From a bacterium (GTDB taxonomy: Bacteria > Bacillota > Clostridia > Lachnospirales > Lachnospiraceae), in the NCBI GenBank assembly GCA_037301995.1, contig JAXVOW010000302.1:8-64007 (forward strand): 64,000 nucleotides of DNA, in the 5' to 3' direction. Below are positions 10,064-19,480 of this stretch, one piece after another. The notes below the pieces were generated by a model. It did not search any database. It saw only the letters and a list, made by a program, of their open reading frames with translations, and was not told where the DNA came from. Each line of letters begins with the position of its first letter. Position 1 is the first letter of the stretch. The translations under genes were made by a program, and so were the position numbers.

Positions 10064-10897
10064 CTAATAATTGCATATAATTACTTCTTTACCAACTCTA
10101 TTGGATGCATCTGAATTAATCATACGTTTTACACTTACAACATCTATTTTATAGCCTTTGTTACCATATAACTCATTTATCAGCTCTGTATTGTGATTTG
10201 TAAGCATACAATAGCAGCCTCTGGCTGTCAATTCATCATAAAGCCGTGCCAGGCGCTTGTGACTTTCTACATCAAATCCCTCTTTTGTGTATGATTCAAA
10301 AGAGGTAGGATTCAATGGCGCATATGGACTGTCCAGAAATATAAAATCTCCCGTCTTTGCATTCTTACAAGCATCTTGAAAATCGCCGTCTATAATAGTT
10401 ACACTTTGTAAATACTTTGAAACAGCCATAATAGCCTCTTCATCAACAGATGCCCTGCGACTATTGTTGTATGGGACATTAAACAACCCCTTACCATTTA
10501 CCCGATACAAACCATTAAAGCAATGCTTATTGATAAATATAAACAATGCCGCCAATTCCACATCATATTCCGCCTTCATCAGCTTATCATTATAATGCTC
10601 CCTGAGAGAGTAATAATACGCCTTACCGTCCTCCCACATTTCCTCATCAAGCTTGTTTACCGCCTTTAGAAATACTTCCGGTACATTACATATCTGCTCA
10701 TATGCATTTATCAATGCCTTGTTGATATCATTTATCAACGCATTTTCAGGCAGCAATTCAAATATTACTGCACCACCACCTACAAATGGCTCATAATAAT
10801 GATTATACTTTTCAGGCATTCTCTCCTTTATCTGTGGAAGCAGCTGACGCTTACCGCCAGCCCATTTCACAAATGGAGCGACACTCGAATTACTCAT
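10064..10897 (-). CDS. dpnM: Dam-family N6-adenine DNA methyltransferase, DpnM (M1.DpnII)-like
   Basis: Motifs FVKWAGGKRQLLPQI, YYEPFVGGGAV, NGLYRVNGKGLFNVPY and FIFLDSPYAPL (DPPY variant). Confidence 0.9.
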   Translation of the reverse strand: MSNSSVAPFVKWAGGKRQLLPQIKERMPEKYNHYYEPFVGGGAVIFELLPENALINDINKALINAYEQICNVPEVFLKAVNKLDEEMWEDGKAYYYSLREHYNDKLMKAEYDVELAALFIFINKHCFNGLYRVNGKGLFNVPYNNSRRASVDEEAIMAVSKYLQSVTIIDGDFQDACKNAKTGDFIFLDSPYAPLNPTSFESYTKEGFDVESHKRLARLYDELTARGCYCMLTNHNTELINELYGNKGYKIDVVSVKRMINSDASNRVGKEVIICNY

Positions 10898-11115
10898 TCT
10901 GCTTCCTCTTCTCTATGTCCACAAAAGGACAATCTTTTACATATCTATTATACTTGCAAACATACAAAATAACAACAAAACTTTCACTCTCTGCAAATTA
11001 ATCTACTTTTGAAATACATTATGCTGTTCCTTAATAATAATCTCCTTATTCACAAAGCCTGCCTGCAAAAAGCACTCCATCATACGAAAACCTAACGGAA
11101 TAACCTTTCCATATT

Positions 11116-11130
11116 TTCACTATAAGTGAA
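11116..11130. promoter_or_regulatory. Palindromic operator-like site upstream of the XRE-HTH gene
   Basis: ttcact-ata-agtgaa is a perfect 6-3-6 inverted repeat about 58 nt upstream of the ATG at 11188, next to AT-rich -10-like tatatagt. Confidence 0.35.
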
Positions 11131-11187
11131 TTTATATAGTATGCATCTTATGAGATAATATTCACAAATAATGAAAGAGGTTTTCTT

Positions 11188-11442
11188 ATGCATTTCAAAA
11201 ATGATACTGACCTATATCGTATTATAGGCACAAATATAAAACATTACAGGAAACATGCTAAATTAACCCAAGTACAACTTGCAGAACAAGCTAAAATCAG
11301 CATCAGCTATCTTTCTAAAATTGAAGCTGCGGGATGTAATAAAAGTTTATCTATATCTGTGTTAAATCAGATTGCTAATGTACTTGATATTGAGATTAGT
11401 AAATTTTTTCAGGAGGTATCTACTTATGACACAGATAATTGA
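11188..11442 (+). CDS. XRE-family helix-turn-helix transcriptional regulator (84 aa)
   Basis: HTH: IKHYRKHAKLTQVQLAEQAKISISYLSKIE. RBS gaaagagg lies upstream. Confidence 0.85.
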   Translation: MHFKNDTDLYRIIGTNIKHYRKHAKLTQVQLAEQAKISISYLSKIEAAGCNKSLSISVLNQIANVLDIEISKFFQEVSTYDTDN

Positions 11443-11962
11443 CTTTTTACTCCCTTTAGGCGACCGAATTACTATGCGTGAAAACTTAATTCAGGCTTTT
11501 TTACATGAAAAACCCGGTACTGGAATTGGTAATAATGCATCTCGTTACCAATACAATGTTGAATGTTTTGGCGATTATGGCATTTTTCTCAAACGTCCCA
11601 CTCAGCTAAATAAGGGATTTGATTTTACTGTAAATATTGACGGTCTTTTTTTCAAAAAAAATCGTCGATATTCCAATCCAAGTCATCAGGACATCATAGA
11701 TGCCTTAACTGATTGTAAGATCAATTTTCCTCGCACATATCCTTCCATCGCACAAAAACTACAACAAATATACGATTGCAAACCTGTTTCCTTGGTCTCA
11801 TCTGGTGCAACTTTCCATGATTATGCTGGTAATGAACACCCTATTGAAATCATTTTATTAGCTGTAAAATGGTTATTTATGGAACAGGATTGTGCATATT
11901 GGAATTATTCTGGACGTGCTATGTTCTATGGTGTTCTGCAGGAAAATAGTCTAATTTATTAA
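11426..11962 (+). CDS. Uncharacterised 178-aa protein, translationally coupled to the HTH gene
   Basis: ORF 11372..11962. The preferred start is the ATG at 11426 (MTQIIDFLLPLG) with a perfect AGGAGG 8 nt upstream. It overlaps the HTH gene by 17 nt. I recognise no domain. Confidence 0.6.
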   Translation: MTQIIDFLLPLGDRITMRENLIQAFLHEKPGTGIGNNASRYQYNVECFGDYGIFLKRPTQLNKGFDFTVNIDGLFFKKNRRYSNPSHQDIIDALTDCKINFPRTYPSIAQKLQQIYDCKPVSLVSSGATFHDYAGNEHPIEIILLAVKWLFMEQDCAYWNYSGRAMFYGVLQENSLIY

Positions 11963-12029
11963 TATTTATACAACATAGGAGCACCCAACAATTGGATACT
12001 CCCCTTCTTTTAGGTTAAGGAACTTGTAA

Positions 12030-12066
12030 CAAAAAGGACATTCCCAGATTCCTCTGAAAATGTCCT
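12030..12066 (-). terminator. Rho-independent terminator after rpsI
   Basis: The minus strand reads aggacatt-(16 nt loop)-aatgtcct followed by tttttg. Confidence 0.65.
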
Positions 12067-12099
12067 ATACATATCATTGATATCTTCGTTTCCGAAAAA

Positions 12100-12495
12100 T
12101 TATCTCTTGGAGAACTGTGGAGCACGTCTTGCTGCCTTCAAACCGTACTTCTTTCTCTCCTTCATACGTGAATCACGAGTAAGGTAACCAGCCTTCTTTA
12201 ATGCCGGACGGTTCTCTGCGTCTGCCTCTAACAATGCTCTTGAAATACCATGACGGATGGCACCAGCCTGACCTGTAAATCCACCACCGCGAACGTTTAC
12301 AAGTACATCATACTTACCAACGGAATTAGTCACAACAAATGGCTGGTTTACAATCAGCTTTAATGTCTCTAATCCAAAGTAATCATCCATGTCTTTTTTA
12401 TTAATTGTAATCTTACCTGTACCAGGTGTTAAATATACTCTTGCAACACTGCTTTTTCTTCTACCAGTTCCGTAAAATTTTGTTGTTTTAGCCAC
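12100..12495 (-). CDS. rpsI: 30S ribosomal protein S9
   Basis: [12 protein letters not shown]...[19 protein letters not shown]...[16 protein letters not shown]. Confidence 0.97.
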   Translation of the reverse strand: MAKTTKFYGTGRRKSSVARVYLTPGTGKITINKKDMDDYFGLETLKLIVNQPFVVTNSVGKYDVLVNVRGGGFTGQAGAIRHGISRALLEADAENRPALKKAGYLTRDSRMKERKKYGLKAARRAPQFSKR

Positions 12496-12512
12496 TGCTT
12501 TGTCCTCCTTAA

Positions 12513-12947
12513 TTAATACTTAATCTCTAATGTCTTAGGCTGCTGTGCCTGATGATTATGTTCCGGACCAGCATATACATGAAGCTTGGTAATCATCTCC
12601 CGGCCTAAAGGTCCCTTTGGAAGCATACCTTTAACTGCTTTACGAATTACCTCTTCTGGCTTCTTAGCTAAAAGCTCTTTTAATGTTGTCTCCTTCAGAC
12701 CACCTACATAGCCTGAATAATTATAATATACCTTCTGGTCTAACTTCTTACCAGTTACTTTAATCTTATCTGCATTTACAATAATCACATAATCGCCAGT
12801 ATCGATATGTGGAGTAAAGATTGGCTTATTCTTTCCTCTCAAAATACTTGCGACTTCTGCTGCTAAACGTCCTAATGTATGTCCTGTAGCATCAACTACA
12901 TACCACTCTCTGTTAATTGTTGATGGGCTTGCCATATAAGTCTTCAT
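12513..12947 (-). CDS. rplM: 50S ribosomal protein L13
   Basis: ORF 12513..12992. The start was moved to [29 protein letters not shown] (ATG at 12947, RBS aaggagg). Confidence 0.96.
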   Translation of the reverse strand: MKTYMASPSTINREWYVVDATGHTLGRLAAEVASILRGKNKPIFTPHIDTGDYVIIVNADKIKVTGKKLDQKVYYNYSGYVGGLKETTLKELLAKKPEEVIRKAVKGMLPKGPLGREMITKLHVYAGPEHNHQAQQPKTLEIKY

Positions 12948-13215
12948 GGTGTTCCTCCTTAAAATAATCCAAAAAATTTCAGTCTTATGCACGCACTCAC
13001 TAAGTTCATTGCAATGTCCGAAACAAATTCCCTATCCACGTACAAATTGACTTCTTCTATCATCACTCATTGTCTCAATTGAAGTGGGTTTGACAATTGA
13101 AAACCAAGTGATTTCAAAACTATACAAAACCGGGGCTAATGGTATTTGCACAGTCTTTTCCTATCGTCACAGTTAACTATTATATTATAAATAAATATTA
13201 GTGTCAACGAAAAAA
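12948..13215 (-). promoter_or_regulatory. Consensus sigma-A promoter plus a ~230-nt 5' leader of rplM-rpsI (possible L13-type r-protein leader)
   Basis: On the minus strand, TTGACA (13215-13210), an exact 17-nt spacer, then TATAAT (13192-13187). The leader contains stems such as tcaattg..caattga. Confidence 0.55.
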
Positions 13216-13298
13216 TCCAGAAAAATCATGTTTTTTCCTATGTTTTCCACAATCCACAAAATATATGAAAATGTTATCAACATCTTGTAGAAGTATTT

Positions 13299-14036
13299 CT
13301 ATAAATATTCCACTTCCACCAGTGTCAAACCGCATGCTGCCGCCTTGTGTCCTGCCCTTGTACGGTCCTTTGCCTCAAGAATCTCCTTTACCTGCTCTGG
13401 CGGAATCATCCCCATTCCTACTTTCATAAGAGAACCCACAATAATTCTTACCATATTATAGAGGAAACCGTTTCCATTCATGCGAATACGAACCATATTC
13501 CCCTCTCTCATAACATTTATATAGTAGATTGTCCGCACTGTGTTATCCACGTCCTCTTTGGGTGTGCAAAAGCTCTTAAAGTCATGCTCTCCCACAAGAT
13601 AATCCGCTGCCTGCTGCATCTTTTTCTCATCTAAATGATAGTATACAAAATGGGAATACAGCCTTACCATGGGGTCTGGAAACTGTGCATTGTATATCCG
13701 GTACTCATATGTCTTTCTTGTATCACAATATCTCGGGTGAAAATCCGGCGCCACCTCTTCTGATTTCTGAATCCGGATGTCATCTGGAAGCAGATTATTA
13801 ATAGCATAACTGATTTTCTCCGGAGGCATTGTGACATCCGCATCAAATACCGCCACATTTCCCATGGCATGTACACCGGAATCCGTTCTGCTGGCACCGA
13901 TAACGGTTATTACCTCACCAAAAAATTTACTCAGGGTCTTGTTCAACACTTCTTCTACCGTTATTCCGTTTTTTTGAATCTGCCAGCCACAGTAATTGGT
14001 TCCATCATATGCAACCGTGAGTTTAATCCGTTTCAT
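13299..14036 (-). CDS. truA: tRNA pseudouridine(38-40) synthase
   Basis: MKRIKLTVAYDGTNYCGWQIQ...GASRTDSGVHA (catalytic Asp motif). Confidence 0.95.
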   Translation of the reverse strand: MKRIKLTVAYDGTNYCGWQIQKNGITVEEVLNKTLSKFFGEVITVIGASRTDSGVHAMGNVAVFDADVTMPPEKISYAINNLLPDDIRIQKSEEVAPDFHPRYCDTRKTYEYRIYNAQFPDPMVRLYSHFVYYHLDEKKMQQAADYLVGEHDFKSFCTPKEDVDNTVRTIYYINVMREGNMVRIRMNGNGFLYNMVRIIVGSLMKVGMGMIPPEQVKEILEAKDRTRAGHKAAACGLTLVEVEYL

Positions 14037-14062
14037 ATATCCTGTCCCGTCTGTCTATTTTT

Positions 14063-16639
14063 CTATTCCCCTAGAAATTTCTGCAATACACGAAGAAGCT
14101 CTTGTGTATCAATTGGTTTTGCAACGTGCGCATTCATGCCACAGTTCAGACACTCCTGTATATCACTTGAAAAAGCATTTGCAGTCATGGCAATAATCGG
14201 AAGCTGCTTATCCTGACGCTCCAATGCACGAATCGCCTTTGTTGCTTCATATCCATCCATAACCGGCATACGCAAATCCATTAATATTGCATCATAGAAA
14301 CCGATTTCTGCCTCTTCAAACTTTTCCACACATTCCTTTCCATTTACTGCCCGTTGCACTTCAAATCCAAAGGATGAGAGAATCTCATTTGCAATTTCCC
14401 AGTTAATGTCAATATCCTCTGCCAGCAGAATCCGTTTTCCGGTAAAATCTACTTCTTTACTCTGTTTTTCATCTGGCTTATCCTTCTTTCCCTCTACATA
14501 CTCAGCCAAACGAGAGTACAATGTGGATTCAAACAGAGGCTTGGAAATAAACCCTTCAATATCAGCCGCCTGAACCTCCTCTTCAATATCGCTCCAGTCA
14601 TAGGCAGAAATCAAAAATACAGGTATTCCCTTTCCCACTCTCTTCTGAATTTCCTGAATGGTCTGTAACCCATCCATCTTCGGCATCTTCCAGTCAATCA
14701 AAACAAAATGGTAATCCTCGTTTTTCTTATGCCTCTCCTCTATCATCTGTATAGCTTCTCTGCCATCTACAGTCCAGTCGGCATGCACACCAAGCTCATC
14801 CAGATTGTCGGCTGCACTGGTACAGAGCTGTTCGTTATCATCCACAACTAGTACATTCCATTTCGGCAATACCATCTCAACCTGTGCCTCTGCTCTTTTC
14901 AAATCCAGAATGATATGGAACTTGCTTCCCTTTTCCAGCTCACTTTCCACTTCAATCGTGCCCTTCAGAATATCAACAATTGCCTTTGTAATTGCCATTC
15001 CAAGACCAGTACCATCAATATTCTGTACCTTTTCCGAGCTTTCTCTTGTAAAGGTATCAAAGATATTTTTCTGAAACTCCTCTGACATTCCAATTCCGGT
15101 ATCCTCTACCAAAAGATGGGTTCGTACATACTCCGCCCCCATCGGTGACTCTTCCTGATATACATGCACATCAATTCTGCCCCCCTCCGGGGTAAACTTG
15201 AGTGCATTAGAAAGCAGATTTAACAAAATCTGGTTCAAACGCGTTCCGTCACAATATATATTTTCTGATATAATACTGTGGATATAAATATCAAAAAACT
15301 GATTTCTGGCTTTTATTTGTGGCTGCACAATGTTTACAATATCATCCATTGTCTCCCGCAGGGAAATCTGACTCATATTCATAGTCATCTTTCCACTTTC
15401 AATTTTCGACATATCCAGTACATCGTTAATCAAACCCAGCAGATGCTTGCTGGACAGCTTAATTTTTTTCAGGCAGTCTTCCACCCGCACCGCATCCTGT
15501 TTGTTTTTTAACGCAATCTCCGTCATTCCGATTATGGCATTCATCGGTGTCCGGATATCATGACTCATGCTGGAAAGAAAATCACTTTTTGCCTTGTTGG
15601 CATGTACCGCCTCTTTTCTTACCTGGTCAAGCTCCCTTACCTGTTGCTGCGACAACCTGTAATACAGCACAAAAATGGCAATCATACATATCAAAATCAC
15701 TGTCAGCGACCCTATAATCACCACTATACGCAGATTATCCAGTTTAACAATGGGTTCATTCAAAACCCCACCCTGCATAACCGTAATCAGATACCAGGTA
15801 GCTTTTCCTGGAAGTGGAGCACAGTAGATATATCTTTCTTCTCCATCAACCATAATTTCCGTGCCGTATTCTTCTCCATTGTCCATAGCCTGCCTTAATT
15901 CCCTGGCATAATCATCCGTATCTTTTCCCTTAAGCTTTTCAAATTTCTCCTCAATACGCTGAAAATAATTATTTCTGAATTCACCGGAGCTGCGGATAAC
16001 GAATACACCGTCTTTATCAATGATATGGCTATATGCATTTGCTCCCGTATCATCCAAAAAAAGGGCCTCATCCAGATACTCCATAGAAATACCTGCCACT
16101 AACAGAACACTGCTGCTTCCATCCTCCAGAGGATAATGTGCCGGTTTCCCCAAAAGGAGAATCGTCTCTCCATTTTCATCAATTCCCCTTTTTATAACAT
16201 TTTCACTGGTCTGTAAAAGAGTCTCGACATCATCTTCACCAGCAAACTTCACATCTCCTCCATATATGGACTGCAGCTCACCAGCCTCTGTATAAAATCC
16301 CAAATAAACAAAATTTCTGACCTCAGCACTTTTCTGGAGCTGATTTAACATATATTGTCCATACTGTACAGACTCTTCCGGCGTTCTCTTCATAACCCCA
16401 TCTACCTGTTCCAGACGCAAATTAACAATTGACTGGAATTTCTGCTGAATCTGTTTGCTCATCTCCGACATATAGATTTCGCTCACCTCTACAACAGATT
16501 CTTTTGTTTTCTTGGACATAAAATAAGCCAGCCAGATAAATACTATAATGCATATAATTATAACACCGCCAAAGCTCCATCCTAATAATTTTTTAATTCT
16601 CTTATCATCCATTGTTATCTTTCCTGTCCCTATTGTCAT
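14063..16639 (-). CDS. Hybrid sensor histidine kinase with two C-terminal receiver domains
   Basis: N-terminal TM, periplasmic sensor domain and second TM. H-box SHDIRTPMNAIIGM. HATPase N/G boxes NLLSNALKFT and DTGIGM...GTGLGM. Two REC domains (VLVVDDNE...DWKMP and ILLAEDIDIN...DLRMP). The ATG at 16612 (MDDKRIKKLL) has the better RBS. Confidence 0.9.
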   Translation of the reverse strand: MTIGTGKITMDDKRIKKLLGWSFGGVIIICIIVFIWLAYFMSKKTKESVVEVSEIYMSEMSKQIQQKFQSIVNLRLEQVDGVMKRTPEESVQYGQYMLNQLQKSAEVRNFVYLGFYTEAGELQSIYGGDVKFAGEDDVETLLQTSENVIKRGIDENGETILLLGKPAHYPLEDGSSSVLLVAGISMEYLDEALFLDDTGANAYSHIIDKDGVFVIRSSGEFRNNYFQRIEEKFEKLKGKDTDDYARELRQAMDNGEEYGTEIMVDGEERYIYCAPLPGKATWYLITVMQGGVLNEPIVKLDNLRIVVIIGSLTVILICMIAIFVLYYRLSQQQVRELDQVRKEAVHANKAKSDFLSSMSHDIRTPMNAIIGMTEIALKNKQDAVRVEDCLKKIKLSSKHLLGLINDVLDMSKIESGKMTMNMSQISLRETMDDIVNIVQPQIKARNQFFDIYIHSIISENIYCDGTRLNQILLNLLSNALKFTPEGGRIDVHVYQEESPMGAEYVRTHLLVEDTGIGMSEEFQKNIFDTFTRESSEKVQNIDGTGLGMAITKAIVDILKGTIEVESELEKGSKFHIILDLKRAEAQVEMVLPKWNVLVVDDNEQLCTSAADNLDELGVHADWTVDGREAIQMIEERHKKNEDYHFVLIDWKMPKMDGLQTIQEIQKRVGKGIPVFLISAYDWSDIEEEVQAADIEGFISKPLFESTLYSRLAEYVEGKKDKPDEKQSKEVDFTGKRILLAEDIDINWEIANEILSSFGFEVQRAVNGKECVEKFEEAEIGFYDAILMDLRMPVMDGYEATKAIRALERQDKQLPIIAMTANAFSSDIQECLNCGMNAHVAKPIDTQELLRVLQKFLGE

Positions 16640-16644
16640 ATGTT

Positions 16645-17688
16645 TTATTCATTATTTGCCAAAGAATAATAGCGGATAATATCCCATTTACAGCTTGTAA
16701 GCAACGAAAAAACCTCTTCACTCACAGCACCTTTATCCTGCTCAAGCTCCTTTATTGCATAGTCAAACTGTATCTCTCCATGGTCACGATATTTAAAAAA
16801 TATACTGTCAAACTTATCAGTCAGTCTGCAGATTTGGGTATAAACCAGATTATTTTCTCCGACGATTTTGTGTGGGAATCCCGTTCCATCATACCGCTCA
16901 TGATGATGTACACAGATATCCGAACATATCTGCACGAAATATCTGCAGTGCTTTGAATAATTCAACTGTATAATATTCGCTCCCGACACCGTATGGCTCT
17001 GGCAGCCTTCCCTATCTGCCTCATCCTGCTTTATCATTTTAGGAAATTTACTGGGAATAACCATATTTCCTATATCGCAAAAATAACCGGCATTACTGAT
17101 TATTTCTATATGCTTCTCATCAAACTCTTCCTTTTTTGTGACGCGTGCGTATTCTTCTAATAAAATTTTCATCAAATCGGTAATACGCTGATAGTGCCCG
17201 CAATCCTGACCTGCATTTGTCAGATAACTATTGTAAACCGACTTCAAGTCCGATATGTATCTCTGGGTTTCCTCAATGTCCTCTTCCGTTAAATTGTAGT
17301 CAGAGACAATTCCAAGCTTGAGCCTTAATCTTTTTAAGATATCCTCCCTCTCGAAAGGTTTTCTGATAAATTCAGATATATTAAACTGTGTCGCCTTCTC
17401 TACATTATCCCTTGTCGCCTCCGCTGTAACCAGAAAGACAGGGACATTCCTTATATTGTTCTCCTTCATCATCCGCAGTACACCGAATCCGTCCAGAACG
17501 GGCATGGAGACATCAAGCAATATCGCATCCAGAGAATCTGTCTGTTTTAATATAATTTCCAATGCCGCATAACCACTGTCCGCTTCAATAATATTAAATT
17601 CCTTCCAAAGAATATTCTTCAGTATTGCCCGGTCTATTTCCGAATCATCAACAATTAATAATGTTTTATCATTTTCCGCCATAAACAA
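16645..17688 (-). CDS. Response regulator with degenerate HD-GYP domain
   Basis: REC domain (LLIVDDSEID...LLDVSMP). The HD-GYP-like domain has FCDIGN in place of HD(I/V)GK, and HHERYDGTGFP. Confidence 0.85.
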   Translation of the reverse strand: MFMAENDKTLLIVDDSEIDRAILKNILWKEFNIIEADSGYAALEIILKQTDSLDAILLDVSMPVLDGFGVLRMMKENNIRNVPVFLVTAEATRDNVEKATQFNISEFIRKPFEREDILKRLRLKLGIVSDYNLTEEDIEETQRYISDLKSVYNSYLTNAGQDCGHYQRITDLMKILLEEYARVTKKEEFDEKHIEIISNAGYFCDIGNMVIPSKFPKMIKQDEADREGCQSHTVSGANIIQLNYSKHCRYFVQICSDICVHHHERYDGTGFPHKIVGENNLVYTQICRLTDKFDSIFFKYRDHGEIQFDYAIKELEQDKGAVSEEVFSLLTSCKWDIIRYYSLANNE

Positions 17689-17737
17689 ACCTCCAGCTTG
17701 AAAAGCTGCTCCTCCTTTTCCCGTTATTACGTTTGAC

Positions 17738-18772
17738 CTACTGTCTCTTCTTTACCTTATCCATAGAAGCCTCAAACGCCTTAAGCACCTTCGGATTAAA
17801 GGCTCCACATTCACCGTTAAATATCATCTGTACAGCAACCTCATGGCTGAATGCCTTTTTGTACACACGCTCCGATGTTAGTGCATCATAGACATCCACA
17901 ACGGATACCACCTGTGCCCAAATGGAAATATCATCTCCCTTTAAGCCATCCGGATAACCCCTTCCATCCCATCTCTCATGGTGATGCCGGCAGATATCAT
18001 AGCTATAATTATAAATATCCTCATCCATCATATCGGGAATCTTCTGGAAAATCTCACAGCCTTTTACTGTATGCTGTTTCATAATCTCAAATTCCTCTTT
18101 GGTGAGTCTGCCCGGCTTGTTTAAAATATTATCCGGAATGGAAATCTTACCCACGTCATGCAATACAGAGGAAATGACGATTTTATCAATCTCACTTTGG
18201 GGCAGATGATACTCCGGATACATATCACTTACTTCCTTCATCAGTATTTTTGTAAGACCACGGATTCGCCTTACATGTTCTCCGGACTCACAGTCCCTGA
18301 ATTCAATAACTGTAGCCAGCATTTCTATCATGGATTGATTCATGCGGCTAAGGCGTTCCACCTGCTTTGCCACAATGTCCTCCAGCTCATTTTGATAACC
18401 GTACAGCTCAATCACGTTATTAATTCTATGCTTCAGGAAATGGGTCATAAATGGTTTTCTAATAATATCAATTGCACCGAGATTGTATCCCTCCAGCAGC
18501 ATTTCCTGACTGTCTGCAGCTGTTATCAGAAATACCGGAATATTTTTAATTTTTCCAGTTGCATTCATGTCCTTAAGGACATCCAGACCATTTACATCAG
18601 GCATAACCAGGTCAAGCAAAACAGCAGAAACTACAGCTCCTCCATTTATGAGTTCAATCGCCTCTGCGCCACCGCATGCTTCTAAAATATTGTACTCATC
18701 TTTAAAAATCTCAGCCAAAATCGCACGGTTAATTTCGATATCATCTACAACCAATATCGTTTTTTTATCCAT
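17738..18772 (-). CDS. Response regulator with canonical HD-GYP domain (putative c-di-GMP phosphodiesterase)
   Basis: REC domain (ILVVDDIEIN...LLDLVMP) plus LHDVGKISIP and HHERWDGRGYP. The start was moved to MDKKTILVVDD (ATG at 18772, RBS ggagg). Confidence 0.88.
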   Translation of the reverse strand: MDKKTILVVDDIEINRAILAEIFKDEYNILEACGGAEAIELINGGAVVSAVLLDLVMPDVNGLDVLKDMNATGKIKNIPVFLITAADSQEMLLEGYNLGAIDIIRKPFMTHFLKHRINNVIELYGYQNELEDIVAKQVERLSRMNQSMIEMLATVIEFRDCESGEHVRRIRGLTKILMKEVSDMYPEYHLPQSEIDKIVISSVLHDVGKISIPDNILNKPGRLTKEEFEIMKQHTVKGCEIFQKIPDMMDEDIYNYSYDICRHHHERWDGRGYPDGLKGDDISIWAQVVSVVDVYDALTSERVYKKAFSHEVAVQMIFNGECGAFNPKVLKAFEASMDKVKKRQ

Positions 18773-18834
18773 CTTAACCTCCATACCTATCTAAAAACTG
18801 CCACACCTGACATACAATCAAAAACAACTAAGTA

Positions 18835-19188
18835 TTACACATACTTTTCAATACAATTCAGTATCTCTGTCTGAACAGACTGAACATTTTTCAAAATCTC
18901 CTTTGCCTGCTCCGGCTCTCCTGCACGAAGCAGCCTTACAACCTCAGCATATGCCTCATATATCGGCGTAACGGAAAGATTTCCGGCGGAACCCTTAATT
19001 GCATGTGCGACTTCTATCACATCTCCATAATTTTCACAATCAAAATCCGGATTAACCGTTGATTTTTTCATCATATCCAGAAATTTAAAGAGCATTCTTT
19101 CATAAAGCGAAGCATTCCCCATAAGACGCTCTACACCCTCATCGACATTTACGCCCAGATTTTTCAATTCTTCAAGTAAATTCATCAA
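18835..19188 (-). CDS. Hpt (histidine phosphotransfer) domain protein
   Basis: 117 aa with the phosphorylatable His motif AHAIKGSAGNL. Confidence 0.85.
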   Translation of the reverse strand: MMNLLEELKNLGVNVDEGVERLMGNASLYERMLFKFLDMMKKSTVNPDFDCENYGDVIEVAHAIKGSAGNLSVTPIYEAYAEVVRLLRAGEPEQAKEILKNVQSVQTEILNCIEKYV

Positions 19189-19269
19189 TAATAACTCCTT
19201 TCGTTTTTATTTTGAAACAATGTCTCATTTTCTTAAGTTCTCTTATAAAAAAGTTTGTTATATAACTTT

Positions 19270-19316
19270 ATCCATGGTAACAAAACCCTGCATAACAGGG
19301 TTATTATCATGGATAA
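19270..19316 (-). terminator. Stem-loop/terminator between ecfT and the Hpt operon
   Basis: Inner stem aaccctg/cagggtt is nested in outer tccatg/catgga. The minus strand reads cagggttttgtt. Confidence 0.4.
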
Positions 19317-19480
19317 ATATTTTATTAATGTAAATAAATCACTACATTGTCATTATATGAACGCAATTATAAATTGTACACTTAAAATTATAGCAAATAA
19401 ATTACAAACATTCTTATATATTCTAATATAAATGCCTGTTTTTGTCAACAAAACAGGTTTAAACAGGAAAATTTTCCCAA

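Noticed and set aside
8394-11962. Calling the RM-plus-HTH block a mobile genomic island.
   Set aside because: Only the compositional contrast supports this. No integrase, transposase, tRNA target or flanking direct repeats are visible, so mobility cannot be claimed from this window.
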